From: the human T2T-CHM13v2.0 reference genome, Homo sapiens
Reading direction: 5' to 3' (one strand)
Length of the DNA stretch: 64,000 bases
Assembly: GCF_009914755.1 (NCBI RefSeq)
Contig: NC_060925.1
A model generated the notes under the pieces. The model saw nothing but the letters and a program-made list of their open reading frames with translations, did no database searches and was not told where the DNA came from. The position numbers and the translations under genes are program-made. Below are positions 24,101-39,385 of the stretch, in pieces. Numbering within the stretch: position 1 is the stretch's first letter; the number at the start of each line of letters is the position of its first letter.

Positions 24101-24834
24101 ACTTGAAGTGTAAGTGGAAAACAGTGCTTGAGTGCTTTTTTAGAACCACTTATGATTAGATTTATTTTTTTCTCCTGTAGCCAAATCAGTAAGCAGTTTT
24201 ACCAATATACTTTTCTACTTATTTCTATTGTTTCTGTTCAGCTGTTTAATATTAGAAGAGAACCCGGGCTTCTGCTACATCAACATTTAAATTTATCTGA
24301 GCAATTTCTGTCCTGTATAGGTAACTATCTTATAAACCTGCGTTTTCACTTTCTTTATTGCTCTGTTTAGGAGGTATACAGTTTATAATTGTTTAGCCAA
24401 AAAATAGGTTGAGAGAGTATGTGTTTTGTCTTCTTTAACCACAAGGTTTCATGCTGGGAAGAACTTGGTAAAATATAACAAAAAAAACCTGTATGTAGGA
24501 CTTTAAAGTAACCAAACTATTCCCTGTGTTCATAAAGATTCCATTTAAGAAAGAAAGAAAAAGCAACCTGAATTCTTCAAAGGAATAGAAAATATTATAA
24601 ACACAAAATGTGGCATATATTAGTATAAATTTTTGGTTGAGGTCTAAAAGATAATATATCCAGATACATGTTTACAAAAATGACATCTTAAAAAAAAATG
24701 ACATCTTTTGGATGAAAACATTCAGAGCATGTGTTAATATATTAAGGGGCCAGTTTTTTAAATTGCCCAATACACAAAACCAATGAATACTTTTCTTAAA
24801 TATGATATTACAATGGCTTCTCTTCCCTTCACAG

Positions 24835-24956
24835 GTGAATGACCTATGCTGGCATGTCCGGTGTCTCTCCTGCAGTGTTTGCAGAACCTCCCTAGGAAGG
24901 CACACCAGCTGTTATATTAAAGACAAAGACATTTTCTGCAAACTTGATTATTTCAG
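24835..24956 (+). CDS. LHX8: LHX8 exon 4 ([16 protein letters not shown]...CKLDYF-R), rest of LIM1
   Basis: Acceptor cttcccttcacag| and donor CAG|GTATGC; 122 nt; LIM signature WHxxCxxCxxC...CxxD. Confidence 0.97.
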
Positions 24957-26967
24957 GTATGCTGTGAAGCTTTTTCTTAGTAGATACTTGAATAAATTAT
25001 TATGCAAAGAGACTTTTGTAATAGGCTTTTTCTTGTTCAGTTTTATTTAATGAAGCCCAGTTTTTCTTATTTAAGAGATTTCAAAATGAGGGTGCTTTCC
25101 TGTTTGAGATATAATGTGTATAAATAAGCATGTTTATCCTTTTTGGGAATTCAGTAGACAAAAGTTAATTTTAAATAATACTTTCACTTTGGGGAGTGAA
25201 AGTTTGAGGCATTACAAACAGGGAATCTTTTTTGCTGTACATAGGTATAAAGTATGAAAAACAAGATGACTTATGACAACGCCCCTGTTTGGTGGGAATG
25301 GTTAGATGAAATAAAATCATTATGGGGGAGAAAAATCAAGATTTTGTTATGCTTTTAGCAGTTTACCATAGAATGATCCCTACTTATAAACCTATAAAAT
25401 TCTAAGGGTTTGTACACCATGATAAACTGTAGTATTCAGAAGAATTGATCATTCTGGTATAAATACACCAAATCTAATTCTGCCTCAAACTATTTCTTTT
25501 GTCCGATCTTCAGTTTCTGAAATTAGATGAGATATCACATTTTCTGCGTGTGATCTCTGTGTAGTTTAAATTTAAGGTTTCTTCCAAGGTATAATTCTGT
25601 ATGAACAGTTGTGTAGAAATTAAAATAATTCTCAAGAATGACTTTTAAAAATTACAACATATTTTCTTTATTTACTTTTCTAAATGAAAAATGTTCATTG
25701 TAAAACGGGGAAATTAATACTATATAATAAAGGCTGTAATACTAATTTTGTACTCCATTTCAAAAAATGATTTCAAAGAGTTTAGTGATTAATTTGAATA
25801 AAAATTGCTAGGTAATTTAAAGTAATTTATGAGACCCAGAGTCTTTTATAAAATCACAGAATTTTATAATTACCAAAAAAGCATATTTCTCAGCAGGTTT
25901 ACTTTTCATTACTTCAATATTGGTAATAATTTGCTTCCTCATTCACTTGGGATAGGCTAATCTTAATTTTTGGTAGTAACTTAAAGCCCTTTGAAAGGTT
26001 TGCTTTGAAAGATTTCACAAGTGAAAGTCTAGTTCTTTAGGATTTTTAAACTCCTTGCTTCATGTTATATTCTGAAATTTGTCTTTAGGATTCTATTTTT
26101 CAGAGTAACTAAAAAAACAAAGTGGTAATAGCTTTAAAGATGTATCTGTCAATAAATAGACACTGACTAATCTAGTGTGATTTGGGCATGCAGGGCCACG
26201 ACTGTGATTGTGATAGGAGACATAACAAAGAGTTCCAGTCACTCAGGCTGTAAGAAGAAAAGAACTATTTACATATAGCTTTGGTATTTTAAGATTGACC
26301 TGCATTTAATGTCCAGTTAGGACTCTGAAAATTTAGAAAATATTTCCTTCCTTCTATGGATAACAATACAATAGCTTTTTCACCAAAGGAAACATTTCTG
26401 ACTTTTCCTTTCTCACCCAACAGGGTGAAGAATTTCTGTTATATACATTCTTTGATAATTTCAACATTAAATATTTACATATTTTAACATCCTAAAAACT
26501 ATATTTAAATCATTTTCTAATTATCTTAACTTGGTTTTAAGAAGTCATTATTTATATCTTCAGTTTTTCAGTATAAATATCTTCAGCATACTTTTGCACT
26601 TTTAGATTTTCAGTCTGGAGAGTATGTGTGTTTATCTTGATTCTTTAAGTAAATTTATAAATGCACTGATATTTGATACAACAAAAGGGATTTTAAAACT
26701 CATTTTAAAAGAAAACTTCAATCTTCTTTTAGAGGAACAGAGAAAAGGTCTTATTTTTATAAACAGCTTTGAGTTGTGACCCTATCTCATCTTGATTTCT
26801 TATTATATTGACTTTTAGAAAAATAATTGATTCTTGTTTCATTCTCACAATATTTAAATACTTAGGTTATTTCAATGGGGTAAGATAATGTGCTGGTTTA
26901 ATATTCGACTGATGAATATCTCACCAGGCATTAAAATATTTACCTTCCACACCTCTATTTAATGTAG

Positions 26968-27188
26968 AAGGTATGGAACTCGCTGCTCTCGATGTGGGAG
27001 ACACATCCATTCTACTGACTGGGTCCGGAGAGCCAAGGGGAATGTCTATCACTTGGCATGCTTTGCCTGCTTTTCCTGCAAAAGGCAACTTTCCACAGGA
27101 GAGGAGTTTGCTTTGGTGGAAGAGAAAGTCCTCTGCAGAGTACATTATGACTGCATGCTGGATAATTTAAAAAGAGAAGTAGAAAATG
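26968..27188 (+). CDS. LHX8: LHX8 exon 5 (RYGTRCSRC...[11 protein letters not shown]...CRVHYD...VEN), LIM2
   Basis: Acceptor atgtag| and donor ATG|GTAAAT; 221 nt, phase 2/1; complete second LIM domain. Confidence 0.96.
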
Positions 27189-27694
27189 GTAAATATGTAC
27201 TTAAATACTTTTGCGTCTTTTGAGACAGTGAATACAGGAATAAAAATAACTTTTCCTAAGGTCATCTTAATGCATTATTTTGTACAATGTATAAGTGTGG
27301 TAAAACTCATTAAGTACTCTACTGTTTGTGATGGTCTCTATTTGTTTATTTACAAGGAAAGCCATGGTGTATGTATTAGTTTTGTGCCATATTCTCAGGC
27401 AGCAGCTTTGAGTTAGGGTTTTGCTTTTCTTTTTGTAAATAGTTGTTTTCCTGTATTTGCTGGGCCTTAGATGTGTACTTCTAACTTTTTGAACTTTTCA
27501 CTAAATATACAAGTCTGTAAGTGGAATATTTTTTGTACAGTATATCTGTAGTATGTTTTAAAACTTAAGGGGTTTTGCCGTCTAGAAAACATATACAGTT
27601 ACACAAAAAGCCAAGAGATATAAGAAACCTGTTATTGTAAGATGGGTGTACCCATTTGAATTACCAACATATATAGTGTGTTTTTTAAATGCAG

Positions 27695-27798
27695 GGAATG
27701 GGATTAGTGTGGAAGGTGCCCTCCTCACAGAGCAAGATGTTAACCATCCAAAACCAGCAAAAAGAGCTCGGACCAGCTTTACAGCAGATCAGCTTCAG
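27695..27798 (+). CDS. LHX8: LHX8 exon 6 (NGISVEG...[16 protein letters not shown]), homeodomain N-terminal arm
   Basis: Acceptor ttttttaaatgcag| and donor CAG|GTAAGC; 104 nt. Confidence 0.96.
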
Positions 27799-30700
27799 GT
27801 AAGCATAACAATGAATTTTTTATTTTTGAAGCCCCTCCCAACCAAAAAAACAAAAAGTAACCTCCATGCTGCCCAAAAACATTTTTATGTTTTCTAAAAA
27901 ATTAGCCTATGTGTTTTATGAAAACTAATTTGGTGAATATATGAAAACATACTTATTGCCCTAAAGTGTTTGCATTTCTAGCATCATAATATAATATGAA
28001 ATAGTCATTCAAGTTTTGTTTCCCTGGGGTCTATTGGTATCAACATCAAAGTGGAAACAAAGTATTTTGTCCTGACTTCCTGATTGCATCGTTCTGAACC
28101 AGGCATTTATATTACTACACATAATTGCAATGGAAGACAAAATATTTTGAGACTCTGAAGAGAGACATACATGTCCCATGTGAGTCTATGGGACGCTAAT
28201 GTGTTAGTCTTTGTAACAAACTGCAATGAGTCATTTAATGAACACAATTGTACAGTTTTTGAGTAGGAAATAATTGAAAGTGCCTTAAAGTAAATAGGAA
28301 ACTACTGGTTGACTACAATTGAGCAGATTCCTTTATGTTTTTAAAGGTGGTAAAGGGAGTACTTCTATAATTTGATATTAAAGTTTTATTATGTCCCCTG
28401 AAAAGGGAGGGATTTTTTTTAGCTTAGTTGCCCTAAACATGATTGTTATAAATTTGATTTATACAAATTATCAAAATAATTAAATTACTCTTTGCTTTAT
28501 AAACCTATATAATGATTCCTTCTGGCATTTTTGCAGATAATGAAATCATATTTTCTAAAAGATTAATGTGGCTGAAGTATTTGTTTCATGTTAAGGAAAA
28601 GTAACATTTGTTGAACGCCTATCACACTGCTGGGTACCTTATACATAGTATCCATCTTAGCTCAGACTTTAAAGGACATTTATGCAGTGTTAACAAATGA
28701 ATAAAAGTAACTTTTTCGAAAATCACGTTTAGTATTCTAAGACCTGCCAGTATTTAAGATGGATACAAGTGTTTCAGGAGATAATTTTTATTTTGAGAAT
28801 GATTTAGAAAAGAAACCTTGATGTGACACACATATTCCAAGGGAACGTGGCAATGGGAAGCACTCTAGCATTAAAATCTAGATCCATTCAGAAGAATTTT
28901 CCAAATGGATGATTGTTTCAGATTTCTTAATTTAGGCATAAATTCGATTTCTTAATTTAGGCATAAAGTACATAGTCAATAAGCAAAAAATGAAAGATAA
29001 GCCAATTGAAAGAAATATCTCTGTTTGAGCCTTGCTTTCTGGGTTCTTCATTGGATTATTATGAAGATCACACAATGCCCTGTCAGAAGATGTGAGTACT
29101 TCTGAAAGACCTGGAAAAATACTCAGTCACTAAAGGTGTCTAGTTAAAATAGAATCTCTAATATAAATCTGTTTTCACAATGGTCTGTTCCCATGAAGGA
29201 CTGGCTGTAATTTTAATAATTACAAGGTTGATAACTTTCATTTGATATAATAATTTATTATTAAAAATAAAATTGTGAAAATTTGAAACCACTGTAGATA
29301 GACACTTTTCTATGGGAAAATAATTACAAATACTAATTAAATAAAATGGGAATAATATTTGTGGAGGTCTTTTTATGCCAAATCCTATACCAGGCATTTA
29401 TCTACTTTATCTCCTTTAACTTTTACAACAAACCTCATTCAAGAGTGCAGGAACTCCTCAAAGCAAACCACCAAGGGAGTGGTTGAGAAGAGATTTGGAA
29501 CCTTCTCCTCAAACATCTGGTCTCTTCATTTTGCTTGATCTTCCAGGAGACCATGAGTGGAAGTCTGTCTTATCAAAACTCCAATTAATAGCAGCAGCAG
29601 CTAAAACAAAAGAGTGAGATTTTGAATCTTGTAGATAGCCTTATGGTTAAACATGCATAAAATATTTAAGCCTTGCATTATGGTATGTAAATGTGATCTA
29701 AATCATAAGTTTTAAAAATTGTATATCAGAATTATAGGTTTTAAAAAATGAAAGCATATTACCATTTTCAGATTACTGATGAAAGCATAGGTAATATGCT
29801 TTCAAAGTATATTCTCATTCAATATTTATTAGCATTTTATCTTATGGAAGGGGTGGCTGAAACAAATGAGATACAATCTTTGTCCTAAAGTGGTTCTTTA
29901 TAATTTAGGAATCTGAAATAGATATTTTAAAAAACTGAATCATTTATTTTAGCCAGACACTCTAATAAATCGGTATCCTTATTGTCAAACTCTCCTACAT
30001 TTAGGAATGCTGAATATTTTCAACTAGAGCTTGAATTTGGCAAGATAATAAAATATTACATGTGACCAGTGAGTAAGTCAAGACTATCTAGTCAGTACCT
30101 GCTTTGGACAGAGGAGAGTTAAAATGGAAGGGATAAATAAGAAAATTTTCCAAAATTATTCTATAGAGATTTATGGGGAGAAAAAATAGTTTAAGACTCA
30201 GAGGATGTATTGGCAAATATATTTCAAATACCGTCCCATTTGTAGAAATGATATTTAAGAATTTCCTGCTAATATTATGGATTGCTTATTCTATGTAGAA
30301 GCACTCACTTAGTGATTATTAATATTAAACACGCCAAAGTTAGCTCCTGCTTTAGTCTGTTTTCAGATCGAGTTACTGCTATGCAGCCTCCTGACTTTTC
30401 TGGTAGATCTCCTGGCCTAAAAATGATGAGTGTCTACAGAGGCTCACTCCTTGTCCACGTTAGAAGAACTTGGAAAAGGAGTGAAGTAGGCTTCAGCAGC
30501 ATTAGTGCCTAGAGAATAGTGAAACTAAGTAGAAATTAAAAGTACCTCTTTTTTCTTTTTGTGTGTGTGAGACTAATCATTGATACTATTGAAAGGAAGA
30601 ACAATCAACTCATCTTACTTTTCCTTTAGAATATTTCAATTCTAAATGATCAGAGTTGTTTTGCTTTACTCTTTAATGAGAAATTACTTAACTAAATACA

Positions 30701-32436
30701 ATTTGATTGCAGTTAAATTTGTGAATTTAAAAATGCATTTATGAAAGGCATGAAGTTTCTGTTTTGTAAATTATTAATAATGACCTTACAAAATCCCCAA
30801 ATCTGTTCAACATTTTTCTATTTGAAAAATTAAAAAACAAAGACATAATTTGCTCGTTCTTTTTGGGGTTATTACATGTTCAACTGCATAGAAACATAAC
30901 TCTATTTTCACAGGAAGATACCAAAGTAACACATTTGGAGTAGGAAAGAAAGAATAAAGTGAACTGAGCAAGAATAAACTTTTAAGCCAATTCTGCCCTT
31001 TTTTAAAAGCAAAAATCCATGTTCTGTTTACAGTGAGTCTGTAGATACAATATAGTTAGATGGGAAGCCAAGAATACTTAATTCTAGAAGGGTAAATTTG
31101 TAAATCTCAAAATTTGTAAACCTCAGAAGGTTTCCCAGAACAATATTGGCCTTTTTTTCTACACTGTCTTCAGATTTTCCTTACATTGCCAAGTTTTACT
31201 CTGTCAGAAACTCTTAACATACTCTCTGACAGAAAGGGAGTTTAACTCCTAGGGATACGAAGAATAAGACATTCCCCTTGATCTCAAGGAACTCACTTTC
31301 CACTATGGAGATAAACTTGAAAACAAATTATTTAGCTACCCTGTGACAAGTGCAGTGGCAGAAGATAGCATTATATGAGGAGCATAGTGGAGAATGCAAT
31401 TAATTTTGCCTGCTGAAAAGAGTGAAGTCCAGCAGTGCTTGAGGTCTTTAATAGATTGGTTACCCACATCCTATGCCTGTAGACAAGCACAATCACATTG
31501 GGTGCCAAGCTCTTCTCTCTCATTCTTCATAATAATACATTTTTTACATTTTGTAATGCTTCCCTCAGTTGACTGACTTTTAGTAATAAAATTCAAGTAT
31601 CTCACTTAATTCTCATAATGATTCTCTTTTCTGAAAGAATTCAAAGTTTTTGGCTTGTGCTTATATTCTGGTACTCTCTCCCACACTACTCTTCTCCCTT
31701 TATCTTTTATTATAGGTAGTCATTGGCATGTCGGCATCTTTCTGCCAGGAAATTAAATCCAAAGAGTTTTGTTTCATGTTTCACTATCTCTTAGCACTTG
31801 GCATAGTGGTTTCAATCCAAAGGCTTACATCAGAATCACCTGTAAGCTTTTAAAATATATACATGTTTAGACTCTGGTAAATTCTTATTCAGTGGACTGG
31901 TGAGTGTCTCTTTTTAGACACCTTTTTTTTTGCATAGAGCTAGTGCTCAAAACTATGATGGAGTTGTTACAATTAAGTGGAATCCTTCTGTTGATCTGTA
32001 TACTATTAGGTATTAGGGGCCTTGAACATCTTTAGCTCAGGAAAGGTTGGAGACAAATGTGATATGATTTTTGTATTAAGTTTTCAAATGTTGGCAGTTT
32101 TTAACAAAATGGAAAAAACAATAAATGAAACTCTTGCTATTTGATTTGTGGGTTATAAGATTGAAAGAAAAGAAAAGGTGAGCTTATTTTTAACAGCATA
32201 GTTGAGAGAGTTTTACATTGAAATGGATTTTTTTAAAGTTCTCAGCATAGCAACTTGTGTATAAATTTACAAAATATGCATTCGTTTTCACTTACCCATA
32301 TTTCCCCATACCGATTTTCAAGTAACAAAAGTATCCCATGTTCTTGTGCATGTCTTACCTCTTATGATAAAAATGCAGGAAGAAGACTGAGCTGCTTGTT
32401 TTTAGCTATTTACTACATACATGTTTTAAACAACAG

Positions 32437-32532
32437 GTTATGCAAGCACAATTTGCTCAGGACAACAACCCAGATGCACAGACACTCCAGAAATTGGCAG
32501 AAAGGACAGGCTTGAGCAGACGTGTGATACAG
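32437..32532 (+). CDS. LHX8: LHX8 exon 7 ([32 protein letters not shown]), homeodomain core
   Basis: Acceptor caacag| and donor CAG|GTGATT; 96 nt, phase 0/0. Confidence 0.96.
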
Positions 32533-32545
32533 GTGATTACTTTAC

Positions 32546-32691
32546 TTTTTTTTTTTTTTAAGGTTTTTAAAAAATAGATATTGGGTCTCCCTATGTTGCC
32601 CAGACTGATCTTGAACTCTTGAGCTTAAGTGATTCTCCCACCTCAGCCTCCCAAAGTAATGGGATTACAGGATGAGCCACTGTACCTGGCC
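32546..32691 (-). mobile_element. Alu monomer (FLAM/left-arm-like), antisense, directly after the exon 7 donor
   Basis: poly-T then ...gggtctccctatgttgcccagactg...cctcagcctcccaaagtaatgggattacagg..gagccactgtacctggcc; flanked by ACAGGTGATTA direct repeats. Confidence 0.9.
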
Positions 32692-33330
32692 ACAGGTGAT
32701 TAACTTAAAGGTCAATCAAGAGAAACAAAAAGTTCTAATTCTGGGTATTTATAAGTATGCATTGGTGTTTTTTTGTGTGTGAAGAAATGTGAAAACATTG
32801 CTTTTTCATTTTAAGTCTCTTCACATTCTAAATCAAATTTTTAAAATGTAATGATTATCCTGCTTGGGCTAGGCTACCATTTGTCAAATGAGTCTTTGCT
32901 CATGTTACTTCATTCAGTACTCACAGCAACCCTAAGATCCTCAGGCTAAACATGTTCCAAGATAAATCTTGCTCTAAGGTCAGTGTTTTTCCTACTTTTT
33001 TTATGATTGTGTGTGTGATGGCTGCTGATGGCCTTTGCCAAAGATCCAGGGAGAGGAACTGGTGTGAACAAAGCTGAAAAGTGATGAATTAGTGCAAGTT
33101 TTTTCAAATGTAGAATTTATGTTTGGAAATAGTGGGAAATGAAATTGTTGGAGTTAAAGTTGGAGAGGCCTGTGAATGCAGAGTTCTCTTATGAGCAGGT
33201 AAAAGCCATGATATGTGATTTTAGGAAGAAAGGGCTAGTCACAGCACATGGGAAGAACTGGAGTTGGGAGAGACTAGATAGAGGTAAGCAGCTTAGTTGG
33301 AAGGCTGGAATGCCCAGCAACGTAGTGTGG

Positions 33331-33376
33331 TTTTGTTGTTGTTGTTGTTGTTGTTTGTTTTTTGTTTGTTTGTTTC
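33331..33376. repeat. (TTG)n/(TTTG)n microsatellite
   Basis: Seen directly. Confidence 0.9.
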
Positions 33377-33415
33377 TGAAGAGACACTTTACTGGGGTAG
33401 AATTCATTTGGGAAA

Positions 33416-33715
<300 letters not shown>

Positions 33716-33810
33716 TGAACACTGATGACAGTTGATGGATGCTAGAAAGACAAGAAAGAATTGGTAACTGCAATGGGGAAGCAGAGAGGAGTCAAAGAGT
33801 AAATGACTCT

Positions 33811-34093
33811 GCCAGGCTCAGTTGCTCACACCTGTAATCCCAGCATTTTGGGAGGTCAAGGCAAATATGTCACTTGAGTACAGGAGTTTGATACCAGTCT
33901 AGGCAAGATGGTGAAACCCCATCTCTACAGGAAAAAAAACAGCCAGGCATGCTAGTGTGTACCTGCAGTCCCAGCTACTTGGGAGGCTGAGGTGGGAGGG
34001 TCACCTAAGTCCAGGAGGTTGAAGCTGCAGTCAGCCATGATAGTACCACTGCACTCCAGCCTGGGTGATGGAGTAAGATCCTCTCTCAAAAAA
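33811..34093 (+). mobile_element. Alu (AluJ-like), sense
   Basis: gccaggctcagttgctcacacctgtaatcccagc...ccactgcactccagcctggg...ctcaaaaaa. Confidence 0.9.
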
Positions 34094-34397
34094 GTCAGTG
34101 ACTTATAAATTTCAAGTCAAAGTAATCTTGGGAATGGTGCCATTGACAGGAATGTGAAAGTCAAAAGAAAGCTGGATTGGAAGTTGGACCCTTTTAGCTG
34201 TGCTAATTATGCAGTGATGGTGGCAGTTAACTATGCAAACAGGTATTTGAAAGAATGAACAGGACTCAAGCAAAGAGATCTAATGCCATGAAATTAGATA
34301 AGATCCTTTAGAAAGAGATCATAGGGTATAAAAGGTGAAGAACGGGTTTCAGAGAGGAGAGCAGGGTAAGAGGTGCTATTTAAATGGGACGTAGTAA

Positions 34398-34824
<427 letters not shown>

Positions 34825-35099
34825 GGAAAATAATTTTAAATAACACCGGAAGTTCAAAAAATTTAAGGAGTGAAAGCAAGTAACCATAAAAGGCAAGAGG
34901 AAACTCAGGGAGGGGAAAGGCAAATGTCTTCATTGCACATATTTTATTTTGTTTCTTAATTTGGGTGGTTGATACATGGGTACTTATTCTTCTGTAAGCC
35001 TAAAGGTTTCATAATTAACAAATCACCTGTACGAAGAAGCAGATGGAAAAGACCTGATGATACTGCAGCTTCTCTAAAGACCTAGGGTTCACAGTGTTT

Positions 35100-35580
35100 T
35101 AATTGACTGCAAGGTAATGAGGCTGTCTTAGGAGACAAGTTCTACCACTTCAGCACTTTCAGATATCCAGATTATTGTGCTTATTTCAGAGTGCCAAATT
35201 TTAAGAAGGGACTAATAAGCAATCTGAAAAACATACTACCTCAAAGGCTACCAGGGTTGTGAAAGATTTAGATCATGCCATAATATTAAAGGCAGCAGGG
35301 ATATTTATCTGGAGATAAGGCCAGGAGATGGTAAGAGAAAGAGTAATATCCAGAGTAGGTGTCTTTAAATATTTGTGAAAGGCTTCCCTGCAACGGAATG
35401 TAGAAAAAGGCACTGGTGTTCACTCATAATGAATTTTCTCATTATTGAAAGGCTACACAAATGGCACGGACTACCAAGGAAGGTAGTGAGTTTCCTCTGC
35501 CTGGGAGAACAGTTTTCTTTGGCAGGTAGTTCCGACTCCACGGGCTAAAAGTTCCTTCTAATTTAAGACTCTGTATATTC
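35100..35580 (+). mobile_element. L3/CR1 remnant
   Basis: gtgccaaattttaagaagggac...ggaaggtagtgagtttcctctgcc...gttccttctaatttaagactctgt resembles the CR1/L3 3' end; heavily decayed. Confidence 0.5.
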
Positions 35581-36239
35581 ATAACAATGATAGCTTCAGG
35601 TAAGTCAGATGCATGACTTATATCATTTTGAAGTTGGAAGCAAAGAAGAAGGAGAGTTTTCTTAGAGCTTTTCATATTTGAAGGACTAAGGAACACAGGC
35701 AGACATCTGTCATGTAATTTCCAGGCATTTAGGTTACTAGTACTATGAGCAAGTTAACTTTGTCCTAAGCCCTACCATTTGGAGAATATATTTTGAATGT
35801 TGGCTTTCAATATGTTAAGGTTGAACATTAAATATTTTTGATATGATTCCAAAGGAAAGAGTACTAGCATGCTTATGTGTTTATTATTTGTATCTATACA
35901 TAGGCTCACTATATGTTGTAGCCCTTCAGAGTATTTTATAAGAATTACTGTGATCTCAAATAGTAATCATACTTTCCCTCAGCCTCCTTCCTAGCATTGG
36001 GCATAATATTTTAGAAAGGTAAGAAAAAAGAGTTTTTATTACTAGACTTCTTCTAATATGCAAACTAGGTCACCCAAAGATTAGGAGGAAACTGGTCTGA
36101 TACGTGGAGAGTTTCACGTTTCCTAGTTACAAATATGCTTAGTAAGACATTTGTAATAAAGCAGACTGTCCTTATACTGAAGTCAAAGAATAAAGATGAG
36201 TGATTTTTTTCCCCACACACTGCATCCAGATACAATCAC

Positions 36240-36930
36240 TGTTCACATACTCTTTCAGATAAGTGAATTATGATTTTTATGTTGTGCAGAGACAGAGTAA
36301 ACTATTGCTATTTCTTCCAATCAGTGTACTAGGAATACCCTTCCATATTAACATCATATTTATTGCCACATATATTGAGCATAGCACAATTTATTTAGCT
36401 TCCAATTTTTCACTATTATAAAATGCTGCCATGAGCAACATTGTATATCTACCTTGCGTGCTTGTTCAATAGTTTCCTCAGGATAAATTTCTGGAAGGGA
36501 GATTGTTGAGTCCAAAGATAAAACATGCATAGGGCCTTTATACAAACATGAAATCTCTTTGCCTTTGAGAAAGTTCATACAACTTTATTCTGCCAGGAGC
36601 TACGTACAAGAGTTCCTTTTCCCCAACTCAGAAGAATCCTGAATACTGTTACTCTTTTACATCCTTTACAATTTAATAGTTAGAAAAGAAAATCTCATTG
36701 ATTTTATTTCTGTTTCTTATATTATCAATGAGCTTGAACAAATTAGTTTATTTTTTCATTTTTAAGACCGTATGTTTTTAGCTCACTCTTCTGTTGGGTT
36801 ATTTTCTCTATATCTTACTGATATTTATTAATCCTATCTGTCATGTTAACCTTTCACGGTTCATCAATTTCCTTTTTATTTTTTCCACACAGAACATTTA
36901 TATTTCTATGTGTTTAAATCTCCCAGTCTT
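36240..36930 (-). mobile_element. old L1M fragment
   Basis: ttccaatttttcactattataaaatgctgccatgagcaacattgt...ggataaatttctggaagggagattgttgagtccaaag corresponds to the antisense L1 ORF2 3' region. Confidence 0.65.
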
Positions 36931-36937
36931 TTGATAG

Positions 36938-37558
<621 letters not shown>

Positions 37559-38964
37559 TAGTTTTGGCCTTTCTTATGCTTCCCTATCTAGAGAGTATTT
37601 CAATGTTGCCTTTTGTTTTCTTAAACTTTTATTGTTTCAATTATTTACGCCTAAACTTTAATTTATCTGGCTTGGTTCATGGGAGATAGGGTTTTATCTA
37701 TTTTTTTCTCTCTTTCAAATGATAAACTATCAGTTTTCCCTAAATCAGTGAAACATGCTTTCCCAATAAAATAAAATCCCATCTTTGTCATATACAAAAT
37801 TATTATATTTGGCTTTTTGTCTGGGCTTTCTAAAGGTTTCATTCTCTGCATTAGTATTTTGCTTTTCCATTATATCTACATGGCCTGATTTTAGCTTAGT
37901 TTATGATTTAGAAGTCAAAAAATTTAAAGTAGTTACTCAGAAAATGTTAACTCTTGTTGGAGGTTTGCAAACAAGAAGGAGGAAATTTTGTCAGTGAGGA
38001 GAGTCAAAAGGACTTATACTTGATTCTGAAGCTGGGTAGCATTCATGCCAGAAGGAATTTCCTGATGTCTGGAATCTTAAACTATATTTTGCTCTACCAG
38101 TTAGTTACATGATACTTTGTTTTTGCAAACCTCCTTCTGCTTGATTACCTGTGGATGATCTTTCCAAGAAGCTGCTTAACAAGATAGTTATTCTGCTGTT
38201 TATATTATACCTTCTTCATGTTTATTTACAAAGTTTGAGTGTTTTTTTTTTTCAATCAAAAGATGGTGTTTCTTTTGTTTTACAACTGCATAGGTTCCAT
38301 TCAATATATAACTTATTGGAGACAAAAAGATACTTTGAAGAAACTCTGGGAATCATAGTGCAACATGTTTTAGGTTATATGTAGTCCTCTGGCGTATGTG
38401 TCTTCTGGGTCCCATAAGGGAAAAAGGCCGGTGGCAGTGGTTCCCCCTTACACATTGGAGAATGTTTGAGTAATGTCATCCTATTTGGGTGAGACTAGTG
38501 TTAGTAGTGACATCTATTGTTCCAGAGCCTGTGGGCAGAACTGTGGAGTTTGGGGTGTGGTCTATAGGTATCTCTGAGTCTCACTAACACTCCAGAGAAC
38601 AGGGATGTGGAGGAGGCTGTGACTTCCCACTTGTCTTACTGGTGGATACCTAAGTCTTGTCCCAGAAACATTCCTTAGCTGCTACTTTTCAGCCTCCTGC
38701 TCAAGGCTATATACCCCACTAGATTATTAATTTTTTATTCTTTTAGTTTTAATCACTCTTGAGAGTATACTTTGCCAACCTTCTATTTTTGAATGCCAGG
38801 GGCAGGGTGTAGTTCTGAAGTAAGGCCAGCTTTTTCTTATAAATTCTTTGCAGCTTCCTTTTATTTCACATTAATCAGCCCTGATTGCCTTGTGCCATCA
38901 AGGCCCTACCACCAGCCTTGAACAGACTTATGCCCCTGATGTTTTCCTGGCCTCATATCCCTGA

Positions 38965-39385
<421 letters not shown>

